From Octopus sinensis (Eukaryota): DNA of 19,975 bases. The stretch spans positions 1 to 19,975 of the forward strand of contig NW_021824127.1 of the NCBI RefSeq assembly GCF_006345805.1, given 5' to 3'. The position numbers and the translations under genes are program-made. Each line of letters opens with the position of its first letter. Positions within the stretch are counted from its first letter, which is position 1. The notes under the pieces are model-generated. The model was not told where the DNA came from. It searched no databases and was given only the letters and a program-made list of their open reading frames with translations. Positions 8,452 through 17,870 of the stretch are shown here, piece after piece.

Positions 8452-9580
8452 GTTTCTTTATTAGCCACACCAGGGGCTGCACACAGACAGAACAAATTAC
8501 AAGGTAGAGCTTTTCTTTTGGGGGTAAAAAAAAGGGGGTTGGTTTTCGATCAAAAGGGATCGTAAAAGGAAAGAAAGAGGACAAAAAAAGGGGAGGATTT
8601 TAAAAAAAAGGGGGGGAGAGGGAAAAAAAAGAAAAGGGGAGAGGAAAAAAAAGTTGATCAATAGGGATCGTAATCACAGAAATGTCAATATGAAGTGTAA
8701 AGGGGAGGACAGGTGAGGTTTACCCGTGGAAGGAAAAGCCTACGGAAAAGACCACGGTAACCTCGGTCAATGAAGTCACATGTTATATTTCTTTTTTTTT
8801 TTTTTTGCAAATAAGCAACTCTCTCTGTTTAATTTTTACGGTTCATAGAATCATAGTCAAGGTGGCTTCGTCATTCATACGTGCCATCCTTGCTACATTC
8901 ACCCATCTTTTTTTTAAACATTCACTAGACAAAACTTGCCTCTCTACTCTCACTTTCCTCTTCAAGTGATACTTGAAGAAGTTGATGAGAGATTGACCAG
9001 AGAGAAAGTGTTTGTTCTAATCCTTTCAGGCGCGTCCACCGATACATTCTTTCGCCATAGCCACAAGTATGATAAAAATAGCTCTTCCTTCCCGTTTGAA
9101 GAAAGGAGGCGTGACGATATTAACGATAGACTCGGCTGATAAACCGACACGTCCTACACGTGACAGCAGTCGTTCGACGTAAGCCCACAGGTCGGAAATT
9201 GCTGGACACTGCACGATTGCGTGCAGAACGGTTTCGTCGCTCTGCCCGCATCTCGGGGAGGTCGACCCCGTGTTTCACGAGCCATGCCTATAGAGCTTAT
9301 CCCGAACGGGTAGCGCTTCTCGGTAGCACCGCCAGGCCAGGGATCTCTGGAAGTTGTCCATAGGTCCCGGGCCGAAAGTCGTTTGAAACAGGCGGGTCAG
9401 GTATTCCTCGTCGACGCCCAGGTTTGCCCCGAGATCGTCGTCGTACCTCCCTTCCACTAATCCCCTATAGAATGCTTTGGTTGCGTTGAAGTCACTCAAG
9501 GTCGACCCGGGACGGCAGAGTTGCTTGAGAGCAACGCGACACTCGCGGTGCCATTCGCCCTTCCTCGGCCTCTTTTTTTT
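8452..9580 (-). mobile_element. 5'-truncated Tx1-type (L1 group) non-LTR retrotransposon: ORF2 C-terminus plus 3' UTR
   Basis: Minus strand reads SLAWRCYREALPVRDKLYRHGS*NTGSTSPRCGQSDETVLHAIVQCPAISDLWAYVE (zf-RVT-like, C-x2-C-x8-H-x4-C with the first C changed to S), then KYHLKRKVRVER...KKRWVNVARM to a stop at 8843. The T-rich 3' UTR ends in AATAAA (8457-8462). Flanked by direct repeats TAGATAT at 8445-8451 and 9581-9587. Confidence 0.85.
8843..9580 (-). pseudogene. Disrupted ORF2 C-terminal coding remnant of the Tx1-like element
   Basis: One in-frame TGA (likely from CGA), frameshifts near 9010-9035, and loss of the first Cys of the zinc knuckle. Confidence 0.8.
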
Positions 9581-9581
9581 T

Positions 9582-9585
9582 AGAT

Positions 9586-9634
<49 letters not shown>

Positions 9635-9643
9635 CAGACTGAC

Positions 9644-9684
<41 letters not shown>

Positions 9685-9860
9685 CATACATACATACATA
9701 CATACATACATACATACATACATACAAACATACATACATACGTTATCGAGTATGGTCATTGCACGAAGCTTAACTGTTATTGGTACAGTGATCGAATGTG
9801 ACCATACATACATACGTACGTACATACATACATACATACACACACATACATACATACAAT
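9582..9860. repeat. (GATA)n-(CATA)n microsatellite blocks
   Basis: Seen directly; interrupted by a ~60-bp spacer near 9742-9802. Confidence 0.93.
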
Positions 9861-10165
9861 GTTTGCGTACGTGTGCACGTGCATGTACATGCATGCGTCA
9901 TGCACATGCATCGCTTTATCTTTAACATGTATGATGTGTGCGTTGCATTCTAAGGGTGCCCGAAAAAGGTAAAGCACTCAACGTAAAATTCCATGACGAC
10001 GCAATGCAGGCATGTATTATCGTGGGTGGCATATCTCTGAAGATAGGCGCCTATCGTTGCCCCATCTGTGCAGAAGGAGTGTAGGTCCCTTGCAAAACTG
10101 AAAGCCGCATACTTGCTGCATTAAGAAAACAAGAGAAGCGATGGAATTGCTCGAAACTGAGTTGC

Positions 10166-10166
<1 letters not shown>

Positions 10167-10217
<51 letters not shown>

Positions 10218-10222
10218 TTCAT

Positions 10223-10284
<62 letters not shown>

Positions 10285-10288
10285 TGTT
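10167..10288. repeat. (CAT)n followed by (TG)n microsatellite
   Basis: Seen directly in the sequence. Confidence 0.95.
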
Positions 10289-10622
10289 AAATAAACTGAG
10301 ACAACAAAAACGAAGGCTGTGTGGAGTTTATAGGATATTTGCAAAGAGAAAGTTAGGCTTACAGCTATTTCTGGGACATTAGGGATATCCTTTTATCAGA
10401 GACGATATGAGAGCGTTAATTGGGGGTGGGGATGATTGAGCTCAATATAAGGAGTTATTTTGGAAAAGGATGAATATGGGAAATATAAAGGGAAACAAGA
10501 GAATAAAAATAAAGATATATGTAGGATGTTACAGTTGCTGTTCCATTATCCGAGGAAAGTACTGTGTAGAATGGGTAGGAATGCGTTCTTGTCCCTGGTA
10601 TGTAAATTCCAATAGGATTACA
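10289..10622 (-). mobile_element. Second Penelope-like terminal fragment, different in sequence from 243-700
   Basis: Pyrimidine-rich minus strand with a hammerhead-like motif at 10356-10404; flanked by (TG)n and (TA)n. Confidence 0.45.
10356..10404 (-). ncRNA. Decayed minimal type I hammerhead ribozyme-like motif
   Basis: Minus strand reads GTCT-CTGATAA-AA-GGATA-TCCCTAA-TGTCC-CA-GAAA-TAGCTGT-A-AGCC: CUGAUGA with G8 changed to A, 5-bp stem II, intact GAAA, near-palindromic stem III A(U)AGCUGU, and stem I with one mismatch. Confidence 0.55.
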
Positions 10623-10625
10623 TAT

Positions 10626-10629
<4 letters not shown>

Positions 10630-10676
<47 letters not shown>
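10630..10676. repeat. (TA)n microsatellite
   Basis: Seen directly in the sequence. Confidence 0.95.
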
Positions 10677-10679
<3 letters not shown>

Positions 10680-11000
10680 CTTTTATTCTTTTACTGTTTC
10701 TTGTTTCAGTCTTTTGACTGCGGCCATGCTATAGCACCGCCTTAAAGAGTTTTTAGTCGATGAAGTCGACCCCAGAACTTATTCTTTGTAAGCCTTGGAC
10801 TTATTCTACCGGACACTTTTGCCGAACCGTTAAGTTACGGGGACGTAAATACATCAGCATCGGTTGTCAAGCAATGATGGGAAGACAAACATAGATACAC
10901 ACACACACATATACGACAGGTTTTTAGTCGAACGAATCGGCCCCAGGACTTATCTTTTAAGCCTAGTATTTATTCTATCGGTGTGTTTTGCCGAACCGCT
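10680..11000 (-). mobile_element. SINE family B 3' half (10680-10920) followed by a partial tandem duplicate (10921-11000)
   Basis: The block TTTTTAGTCGA...CCCCAGGACTTAT...GCCGAACCG occurs twice, at ~10751-10829 and 10921-11000. Confidence 0.85.
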
Positions 11001-11030
11001 TATCTATAGGGTTGTATCACGGTTTATATA

Positions 11031-11245
11031 TCGACCAAACTATCAGATGCTGTTACATATCGCTGGTTACAATGCGTTTTGCATTGTTTTAACTTTCGAC
11101 TGATGCTACCCCGCTACTTAGGCGAGCAGGCCAGCATATAGTCCAGTGATCAGAAGGCTATTCCATCACAGGCTTACCTGTTTACGCTTGAATGGACTTG
11201 GACAGCATCAAATGAAGTGTTTTGCTCAAAAACACCGTCAGGGCA
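11031..11245 (-). mobile_element. SINE related to family E: same 3' tail, different body
   Basis: 11031-11130 is the reverse complement of the family E tail at ~105-200. It then diverges into TGAATGGACTTGGACAGCATCAAATGAAGTGTTTTGCTCAAAAACAC. Confidence 0.65.
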
Positions 11246-11363
11246 ATACCCCAACCTCTAGTCCACCCGCCTTCGTGCGCACAGAAACGTAAGCACATAC
11301 ACACGTACACACGCACGCACACTCACACACACATGAATACACAGAAAGCTTACTCTGCATCAA

Positions 11364-11637
11364 CGGGCGGGCGGGCAAACGCGTGCGTCGAAAGGGTCGG
11401 GCGAACGCAGCGGCGTCTGAAAGGCGGGCGAAGGCGTGCGTCGAAAGATGCGGGTAGAACGCAGCGTCTAATAGGCGGGCGTGAAGAAGCGGACGTCCAG
11501 AAGCGGGCGAAGGCGGGCGAAGGCGGGCGAAGGCGGACGAAGGCGAGCTTCAAAAGGCGGGCGAAGGCGGGCAAACGCGGGCGTCCAACGGGCGGGGCGA
11601 ACGCAGCGTCTGAAAGGCGGGCGGTTCGGCGGCGAAA
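11364..11637. repeat. GC/CpG-rich minisatellite: ~24-bp unit GGCGGGCGAA(C/G)GCRGCGTCYGAAA with a local run of the 10-mer GGCGGGCGAA
   Basis: About 8 degenerate units, with tandem 10-mers at ~11502-11545. Strongly GC-rich against AT-rich flanks. Confidence 0.85.
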
Positions 11638-11867
11638 TTCGAGGACGCGCCGGCCGTGTAGAATCGATCTTGCACCGGCAAACGGGGAGCTAACCGTCAT
11701 CAGGAAAGGAGCTACGAGACTAAAATTGAGTCGGTGGGTGGGAGCCGTATATTTGACATTTCTAGCATAAAGTATTCAGCTTTTTAACTATAGATGCATA
11801 GTGCTGTGTAAGTGGAGGCATGTATTTTGTAACAGTTTCGACTGTAAGCATTCCGGTAGTCGATCAA

Positions 11868-11877
11868 AACACACACA

Positions 11878-11927
<50 letters not shown>

Positions 11928-11958
11928 GACACACACACACATACATACATACACACAC
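11868..11958. repeat. (CA)n microsatellite
   Basis: Seen directly in the sequence. Confidence 0.95.
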
Positions 11959-12101
11959 AATTATACGTCTACCACTTATGATATAGAAGTGTGTTGTCTG
12001 TAACTCGGTAATCTCTAGTAGACTGTATGCATATATACATTACATACATTTAAATATTCATACATATATTCATACATATATTTAAATATTCATACATATA
12101 T

Positions 12102-12230
12102 CCAGTGCGTGGCACCTTGGGCAAGTGTCTTCTGCTATAGCCTCGGGCTGACCAAAGCCTTGTGAGTGGATTTGGTAGACGGAAACTAAAAGAAGCCCGT
12201 CGTATACATACGTACATACATACATATATA

Positions 12231-12279
<49 letters not shown>

Positions 12280-12491
12280 TGTGTGTTTGTGTTTGTGTCT
12301 GTGTTTGTTCCCCCAGCATCGCTTGACAACCGATGCTGGTGTGTTTACGTTCCCGTAAATTAGCGGTTCGGCAAAAGACACTGATAGAATAAGTACTAGG
12401 CTTACAAAGAATAAGTTCTAGGATCGATTTGCTCGACTAAAGGCGGTGCTCCAGCATGGTCACAGTCAAATGACTGAAACAAGTAAAAGAG
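12102..12491 (+). mobile_element. SINE family B, 5'-truncated, with internal (TA)(TG)n
   Basis: GCGTGGCACCTTGGGCAAGTGTCTTC body, internal microsatellite, and tail GGCGGTGCTCCAGCATGGTCACAGTCAAATGACTGAAACAAGTAAAAGAG. Confidence 0.92.
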
Positions 12492-12574
12492 ATTCGTATA
12501 TACACATATGAAAACTGTGACGAAGTCGCTGAAAAATAAAGAAAACCTCCATATATATACAGTGTATATATATA

Positions 12575-12650
12575 GAATGTTCGAAATGAGGAATAGATAG
12601 TCAAACGATAACTGATAAAGGGTCCTTTCTCTGTGTTTACGTCCTCTCCC
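12575..12650 (+). mobile_element. Short second copy of the 857-1470 repeat
   Basis: GAATGTTCGAAATGAG...AACTGATAAAGGGTCCTTTCTCTGTGTTTAC matches ~1315-1385. Confidence 0.7.
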
Positions 12651-13110
12651 GTCAACCACCACCAAAACAAATCATATACAGACTTTAACAGCTGATAACA
12701 GTCTTAATTTTTATTTCTTTTTAGATTTGACCTATTAGAGATAACAATGGAAGCCAAATTAAGCTATGAATAAAAGCATGTTACTATATTGTGCTACTGG
12801 AAGTTTGAAACAGTTGAAAATGCAAAGCAAGCGTAGGAGAGAATTCCGAAGAAATTCACCTTCGTGACTTACCATCACTGGAATTAGGGATAAATTTAAG
12901 AAGACAGAACTGTTCAGAATGTACTTAAGAAACGTTTCGGAGGAGCACGAACGTCGACGAGCACGTAAGCGAGAAAGGGCACTAGAAGCATGTTGCCAGA
13001 TCTCAAAAAAAAAACTTATCTGCCAAGCGAGTAGTGAGAAAAGATTTGCAAAACCAAGCGTGCTTTGCATTTTGAAGCGTTGTTTTTGGAACAAGAACAT
13101 TCCAAAATAA

Positions 13111-13329
13111 CTTTACTTACTTTTACTTTTACTAGTTTCAGTCATTTGACTGCGGCCATGCTGGAGCACCGCCTTTAGTCGAACAAATCGACCCCGGGAC
13201 TTATTTTTTGTAAGCCTAGTACTTATTCTATCGGTCTCTTTTTGCCGAACCGCTAAGTGACGGGGACGTAAACACACCAGCATCGGTTGTCAAGCAATGC
13301 TAAGGGAACAAACACAGACACACAAATAT

Positions 13330-13362
<33 letters not shown>

Positions 13363-13525
13363 CGACAGGCTTCTTTCAGTTTCCGTCTACCAAATCCACT
13401 CACAAGGCATTGGTCGGCCCGGGGCTACAGCAGAAGACACTTGCCCAAGGTGCCACGCAGTGGGACTGAATCCGGAACCATGTGGTTGGTTAGCAAGCTA
13501 CTTACCACACAGCCACTCCCGCGCC
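13111..13525 (-). mobile_element. SINE family B, full length, inserted in the DD41D-like transposase
   Basis: Head GGCGCGGGAGTGGCTGTGTGGTAAG (A box) and GGATTCAGTCCC (B-box-like). Flanked by TAA at 13108-13110 and 13526-13528; removing it restores NIPK*IHVLE. Confidence 0.95.
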
Positions 13526-13945
13526 TAAATTCATGTTCTCGAAAGAAAAGAGTGTACTTAGAAATTATATGGCTCAGATGCGATGATGATACATTTAAAA
13601 TAAATGGCTTGTTTAATCGCTATACTTACACCTAACGAGGACCTGAGAATCTGCGTATTACGTAGGAGCATCATGTCAGTTTACCAAGGGCTACAGTATG
13701 GTACAGCTTAGCATTAAAGGATAGCTTGAACCATTCTTCTTTGACGATACTCTAAGTGATCCTATTACTGGAATTTGTTGTGACGATCTGGCATGCTAAG
13801 CATTCAATAACACTTTGAAAATGTGGAGTTTTTTTATTTTCCAGCAAGATGGGACAGCCCCACACTACCATAGTAATGTAAGGGCGTACTTTGATGAGCT
13901 TTTGCCAATTAGGTAGATTGAGCGAAGAGGTTCAGTAGAATATTC

Positions 13946-14309
13946 GGATCTTTTCGGTTTGAACGGCAGTTTTTTCTAGCGGTGTCATATGAAATTGTCA
14001 CCCATAATTATGACCCTAGTATCGATCTATTGCATTTCAATCTGTTTTAGGGTTAGGGGTGGGAGGAAGGGTATCTTTTTTCTTCAGAATCTGTTTCTTA
14101 AACGTGGGACATATTCATACAGCACAGAATGTTTTCACCTCAATAGACGTCATTGATTGGTTGAAATTGCAGAAATTGAAGAAAAAACAACAACAAATGT
14201 CTTACAAAAAGAATGTTTTATAAACACATTCTACCAGTATACGAAGTTTAAAAGTGTTTAGTTACGTGGAAATTATTTTTAAAAACTGCCGTTCAAACCG
14301 AAAAGATCC
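13946..14309. mobile_element. 364-bp MITE with perfect 29-bp TIRs and an 8-bp TSD
   Basis: TIR GGATCTTTTCGGTTTGAACGGCAGTTTTT at 13946-13974 and its exact reverse complement at 14281-14309. GAATATTC duplicated at 13938-13945 and 14310-14317. No coding capacity. Confidence 0.95.
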
Positions 14310-14488
14310 GAATATTCTCCACGTTCACAGGATCTCATTTTTTTAAGAAATAGAAATACTTGAACGATAAAATTTATGGCATAAAACTAGCAACAGCCGA
14401 CAAACTAAGGGTGCTAGTGAACGAGATTGCGCACAATTACTAAAAGAAATACATCTTGATACTTGCTATTCCATTGCTACGAATTATC

Positions 14489-14886
14489 AGCGGCTGTGTG
14501 GTAGGTAGCTTGCTTACCAACCACATGGTTCCGGGTTCAGTCCCACTGCGTGGCACCTTGGGTAAGCCTCGGGCCGACTAAAGCCTTGTGAGTGGATTTG
14601 AGAGACGGAAACTGAAAGAAGCTCGTCGTGTATATGTACATATATATATGTGTGTGTGTGTGTTTGTGTGTCTGTGTTTGTTCCCCCAACATCGCTTGAC
14701 AACCGATGCTGGTGTGTTTACGTCCCCGTAACTTAGCGGTTCGGCAAAAGAGACCGATAGATTAAGTACTAGGCTTAGAAAGAATAAGCCCTGGGGTCGA
14801 TTTGCTCGACTAAAAGGCGGTGTTCCAGCATGGCCGCAGTCAAATGACTGAAACAAGTAAAAGAGTAAAAGAGTAAAGAGTAGAGT
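14489..14886 (+). mobile_element. SINE family B, near full length, inserted in the 3' end of the DD41D-like transposase
   Basis: GCGGCTGTGTGGTAGGTAG head, GGGTTCAGTCCC B-box, internal (TG)n, (GAGTAAAA)n-like tail. Confidence 0.93.
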
Positions 14887-15829
14887 GCTTGAACCAATTT
14901 GAAAACAGGAGTTTGTAAAAAAGATGAAATTCTGTCAGTAAATTCAATTAGATTTTAAAACTAAAACGTATTCTGATAAACAATGACTTTATAATCATTC
15001 AGTGAGTGAATACATTTTTGGCGACTCCCTGTGTATTATATTGTCTTTTGTATGCTTTCGCTGATATACGTATCTAGACAGCGTAAACGTCCTTCACCCA
15101 TATCTAACCCGCGAACTTATGCAATGCTCCTATCTATAATAATATCCAGTACTCTGGTACTGTAGTTAACGATCTTTTTGAAAAATGCTGTGAAATTTCC
15201 ATACTCTCATTCCACTCCCATCCGTGTTTGTGGGTTGTGTTTCTATGTATAGGCGCTAGTGTAGTGTGCATGTGCGCTGTGTTATTTTTGTGTGTGTTTG
15301 TGTTATTTTTGTGTGCGTTTGAGCGTTGTGCTTTAGCGTAGGTTTGCTTGTGTCTTGTGCTTTTCTACCGATGTCTGCTTCTGTGTTCTGTTTCCGCATA
15401 TCTATAAATTTGTGCTCGTATTTCGACTGTGTGTGTGTCTGAAGGATTCAATGTGTTTAGCAGCCGAGGGAAATTTTTTTTGTATGCATTTCTCTATGCA
15501 TTTGTGTATGTGTATCTTAGAGCGTGTGATAATTCGGTTGGTGGTGCGAATGTGTCTGTTTGTGTGCGTGTACAAATATGTACGTTTGTACATGTGTATA
15601 CGTGTGTGTATATGTATGTATGTCGATATCACATTCATTCATTCCTGTCAAAATTGCGAACATTCACATTTATTTCTTCTCTCTATCCCATCTTTTATTT
15701 TATGTCCGATATATAACCGTTCGTGTGTGTGTGTGTCTGCATCTACAAGTGTCTATTTGAATGAACCTATACGCATATATATATACAATCCACATTCATA
15801 CACTTCGAATATGACTCTATGTATACATA

Positions 15830-15960
15830 TGTATGTATGTGTATATATAAATAAATTATATATATATAATACATATATATATATATATATATATATATCT
15901 AATATATATATATAATATAATATAATATAATATAATAATATAATTTATATATATAAATAT
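15830..15960. repeat. (TA)n/(ATATA)n AT-rich microsatellite
   Basis: Seen directly in the sequence. Confidence 0.9.
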
Positions 15961-16018
15961 AAGGTGGTGCTCCAGCATGGCCGCAGTCAGATGACTGAAA
16001 CAAGTAAAAGAATAAAAG
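15961..16018 (+). mobile_element. SINE family B, 3'-terminal fragment
   Basis: AAGGTGGTGCTCCAGCATGGCCGCAGTCAGATGACTGAAACAAGTAAAAGAATAAAAG. Confidence 0.88.
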
Positions 16019-16059
16019 TATACACACATTCACGCACATATGCATATGAATAGATGTGT

Positions 16060-16078
16060 ATGTGTGCGTGAGAGAGTG

Positions 16079-16115
<37 letters not shown>

Positions 16116-16245
16116 GTGTGTACGAAAGGGTTCGGACTACTAAGGCGTCGGTCGAAGAAAAGTGGATTATTCACAATTCCCTAATAGATCTACTTTTTGC
16201 GCACTAAAGACTAATTATATCACAGCACGCACACACACACACACA

Positions 16246-16286
<41 letters not shown>

Positions 16287-16410
16287 CACACACACTCTCA
16301 CACACACTCACACACACACACACGTACATAATACATATATATTTAAGTGTGTGTGTGTGTGTGTGTTTGTATGAACATATATACATGTGTGTGTGCTGTG
16401 TGTGTGTGTT
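16060..16410. repeat. Alternating (TG)n and (CA)n microsatellite blocks
   Basis: (TG)n at ~16084-16120, (CA)n at ~16227-16323, (TG)n at ~16346-16410. Confidence 0.9.
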
Positions 16411-16600
16411 CCCATCTGTGTGTAATAGAGATAGTGTAGTGGAATATACAATCTATTCGTAAAAATCACAAATGCTTCCTTCGTTTCTAGTGCCGAGTTC
16501 AAATCCTGCTGGTGGACCTGGATTTTAATAAGAATTGCCACATACATAATATAATCCGTTTTCTTCTCCTGTATCACTCCAACCCTTGCTGTGGGCCCCT

Positions 16601-16700
16601 AATGAAAGGCCTTAAAGATTTGTCTCCTTGATACACTGACATACATTTGTAGGAACAAACTATAGATAATTGAATCGATCCAGTATACAACTGGTTCTTA
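16601..16700 (-). mobile_element. SINE family A, degenerate 3' fragment
   Basis: Reverse complement TTAAGAACCAGTTGTATACTGGATCGATTCAAT...AGGCCTT resembles the family A core and tail. Confidence 0.45.
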
Positions 16701-16712
16701 ACACGGATTATT

Positions 16713-16850
16713 GGCGGCGATTTGGCATAGTTGCTCGAACGTTGGATAAAATGCTCTGCCGTATTCATTCCGGTTGCTTACGTTCTAAGTTCGAACCACG
16801 GCCGAGGTAAACGTTTCCTTTCATCCATCCGGGATCAATAAATATAACAG
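16713..16850 (+). mobile_element. SINE family A, degenerate 5' portion
   Basis: GGCGGCGATTTGGCATAG head, TACGTTCTAAGTTCGAACC B-box, CCTTTCATCCATCCGGGATCAATAAA. Confidence 0.7.
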
Positions 16851-17183
16851 CAATAAATCTTTTTTATATAACTGCGATAGATCTTTTTCTCATACTTTCA
16901 CTTTCGGAACGGCTACGTTGAACTGTGTGGGTGGTTGTAAAAGATTTTGTATAAAGGGCCACTCGTAGCGTCCTTTCTGCTAGAAACCTCTTAACGTTTG
17001 AGCGACAGCCTAGCGACGTCTCAAAGATAAAGAAAACAAGAAAAAAAGGATGAAGAAAATCGATAAGGTACTGGAACTGTTTAAGAACAGACCGATGTGT
17101 ACAACAGCACGGAACGGAAATAAGAAGTAAAAATATCACAGACTATTACATATAATATGCCCTCCCCTCAACATACTTTTTTT

Positions 17184-17243
17184 AAGACGGTAGGGTGGTT
17201 TTGACTGCTATTTCTAATCGGGCATGCAACCATGTAGAGGTTC
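17184..17243 (+). mobile_element. Short interspersed repeat family C
   Basis: AAGACGGTAGGGTG...TTTGACTGCTATTTCTA; related copies at 17505-17567 (+), 17812-17870 (-) and 19258-19307 (+). Confidence 0.55.
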
Positions 17244-17244
17244 A

Positions 17245-17391
17245 TAGTTGTTATTATTTTTGTTGTTGTTGTTGTGGTTGTTGTTGCTGTCATTGTTTGT
17301 CACAAATCTCTGAAAGAACAGGCCTGTCACAATAGGCGTTCCAGGTATGGCTATCACGTGTTTTCTTCTTCTTCTTCTTCTTCTTCTTCTT

Positions 17392-17450
<59 letters not shown>

Positions 17451-17480
17451 TATTATTATTGTTGTTGTTGTTGTTGTTAT
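17245..17480. repeat. Compound trinucleotide microsatellite (GTT)n ... (CTT)n(ATT)n(GTT)n
   Basis: Seen directly; the three tracts at 17365-17480 are in register. Confidence 0.93.
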
Positions 17481-17504
17481 TTTGCGATTGCATTATTCAA
17501 TGTT

Positions 17505-17567
17505 GCGATTTGAGGTAGATTTTGGCTGTTAATTTTAGCAAGACCAGCCTACCTCCTACCAGCTCCC
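17505..17567 (+). mobile_element. Family C repeat copy
   Basis: GATTTGAGGTAGATTTTGGCTGTTAATTTTAGCAAG. Confidence 0.5.
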
Positions 17568-17811
17568 TAATAACCTCTCTCTATTTTAGTTTTGACTTAG
17601 CATACATACGACTGTCTCGAAAGAGTCGTGATGGTCACGGCTGGGATGCTTTTGATCACATGTTTTTTTTTCTTTTTACATACAAAACCAACAAATATAA
17701 TACGTGCATACATATACATACACATACATACATACATACATACATACATACATACATTTGTGTGTGTGTGTGTGTGTGTGTGTGGACATTCCAACGAAGT
17801 GCTTATAAGTA

Positions 17812-17870
17812 GTCACTCAACCTGCTAGAAATAATAGCCAAATTGCCCCCAAACGACATCTTACTATCTT
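17812..17870 (-). mobile_element. Family C repeat copy
   Basis: Reverse complement AAGATAGTAAGATGTCGTTTGGGGGCAATTTGGCTATTATTTCTAGCAGGTTGAGTGAC. Confidence 0.55.

Larger units (their letters stand above)
12665..15033 (+). mobile_element. Decayed Tc1/mariner-superfamily transposon of DD41D (rosa/Visitor)-like type, interrupted by three insertions
   Basis: ATG at 12747: MEAKLSYE*KHVTILCYWKFE...TITGIRDKF...TVQNVLKKRFGGARTSTS (N-terminal HTH); IIW-SD...FKINGLFNR; ATVWYSL; EPFFFDDT; FQQDGTAPHY (D at 13848). Removing the MITE restores VEYSPRSQDL; then KIYGIKLATADKLR and CLNQFENR. Right TIR-like GAATACATTTTTGGCGACTCCCTG at ~15008-15031. Spacing from the second D predicts DD41D, but the third D is eroded. 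Confidence 0.82.

Noticed and set aside
8936-9139. 67-aa plus-strand ORF with a possible acceptor
   Set aside because: Antisense shadow of the Tx1 ORF2 C-terminus.
11222-11770. 182-aa Arg/Ala/Gly-rich, protamine-like ORF (and overlapping ORFs on both strands)
   Set aside because: Explained by the GC-rich minisatellite, which lacks stops in several frames. It has a non-ATG start inside a SINE and no splice or homology support.
12919-13110. 63-aa ORF MYLRNVSEEHERRR
   Set aside because: A shifted frame of the decayed DD41D-like transposase.
13440-13525. tRNA-like A and B boxes (also in other SINE heads)
   Set aside because: No complete cloverleaf; they continue into SINE bodies, so these are SINE Pol III promoters and not tRNA genes.
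14047-14058. (TTAGGG)2 as an interstitial telomere
   Set aside because: Only two units, internal to a MITE; treated under that finding.
15355-15915. 186-aa ORF rich in C/V/Y/M
   Set aside because: Low-complexity TG/TA-rich sequence with no recognisable domain or codon structure.
16984-17067. Possible + strand exon (tttctgctag| ... AAG|gtactg)
   Set aside because: Stop codons in all three frames and only a moderate acceptor.
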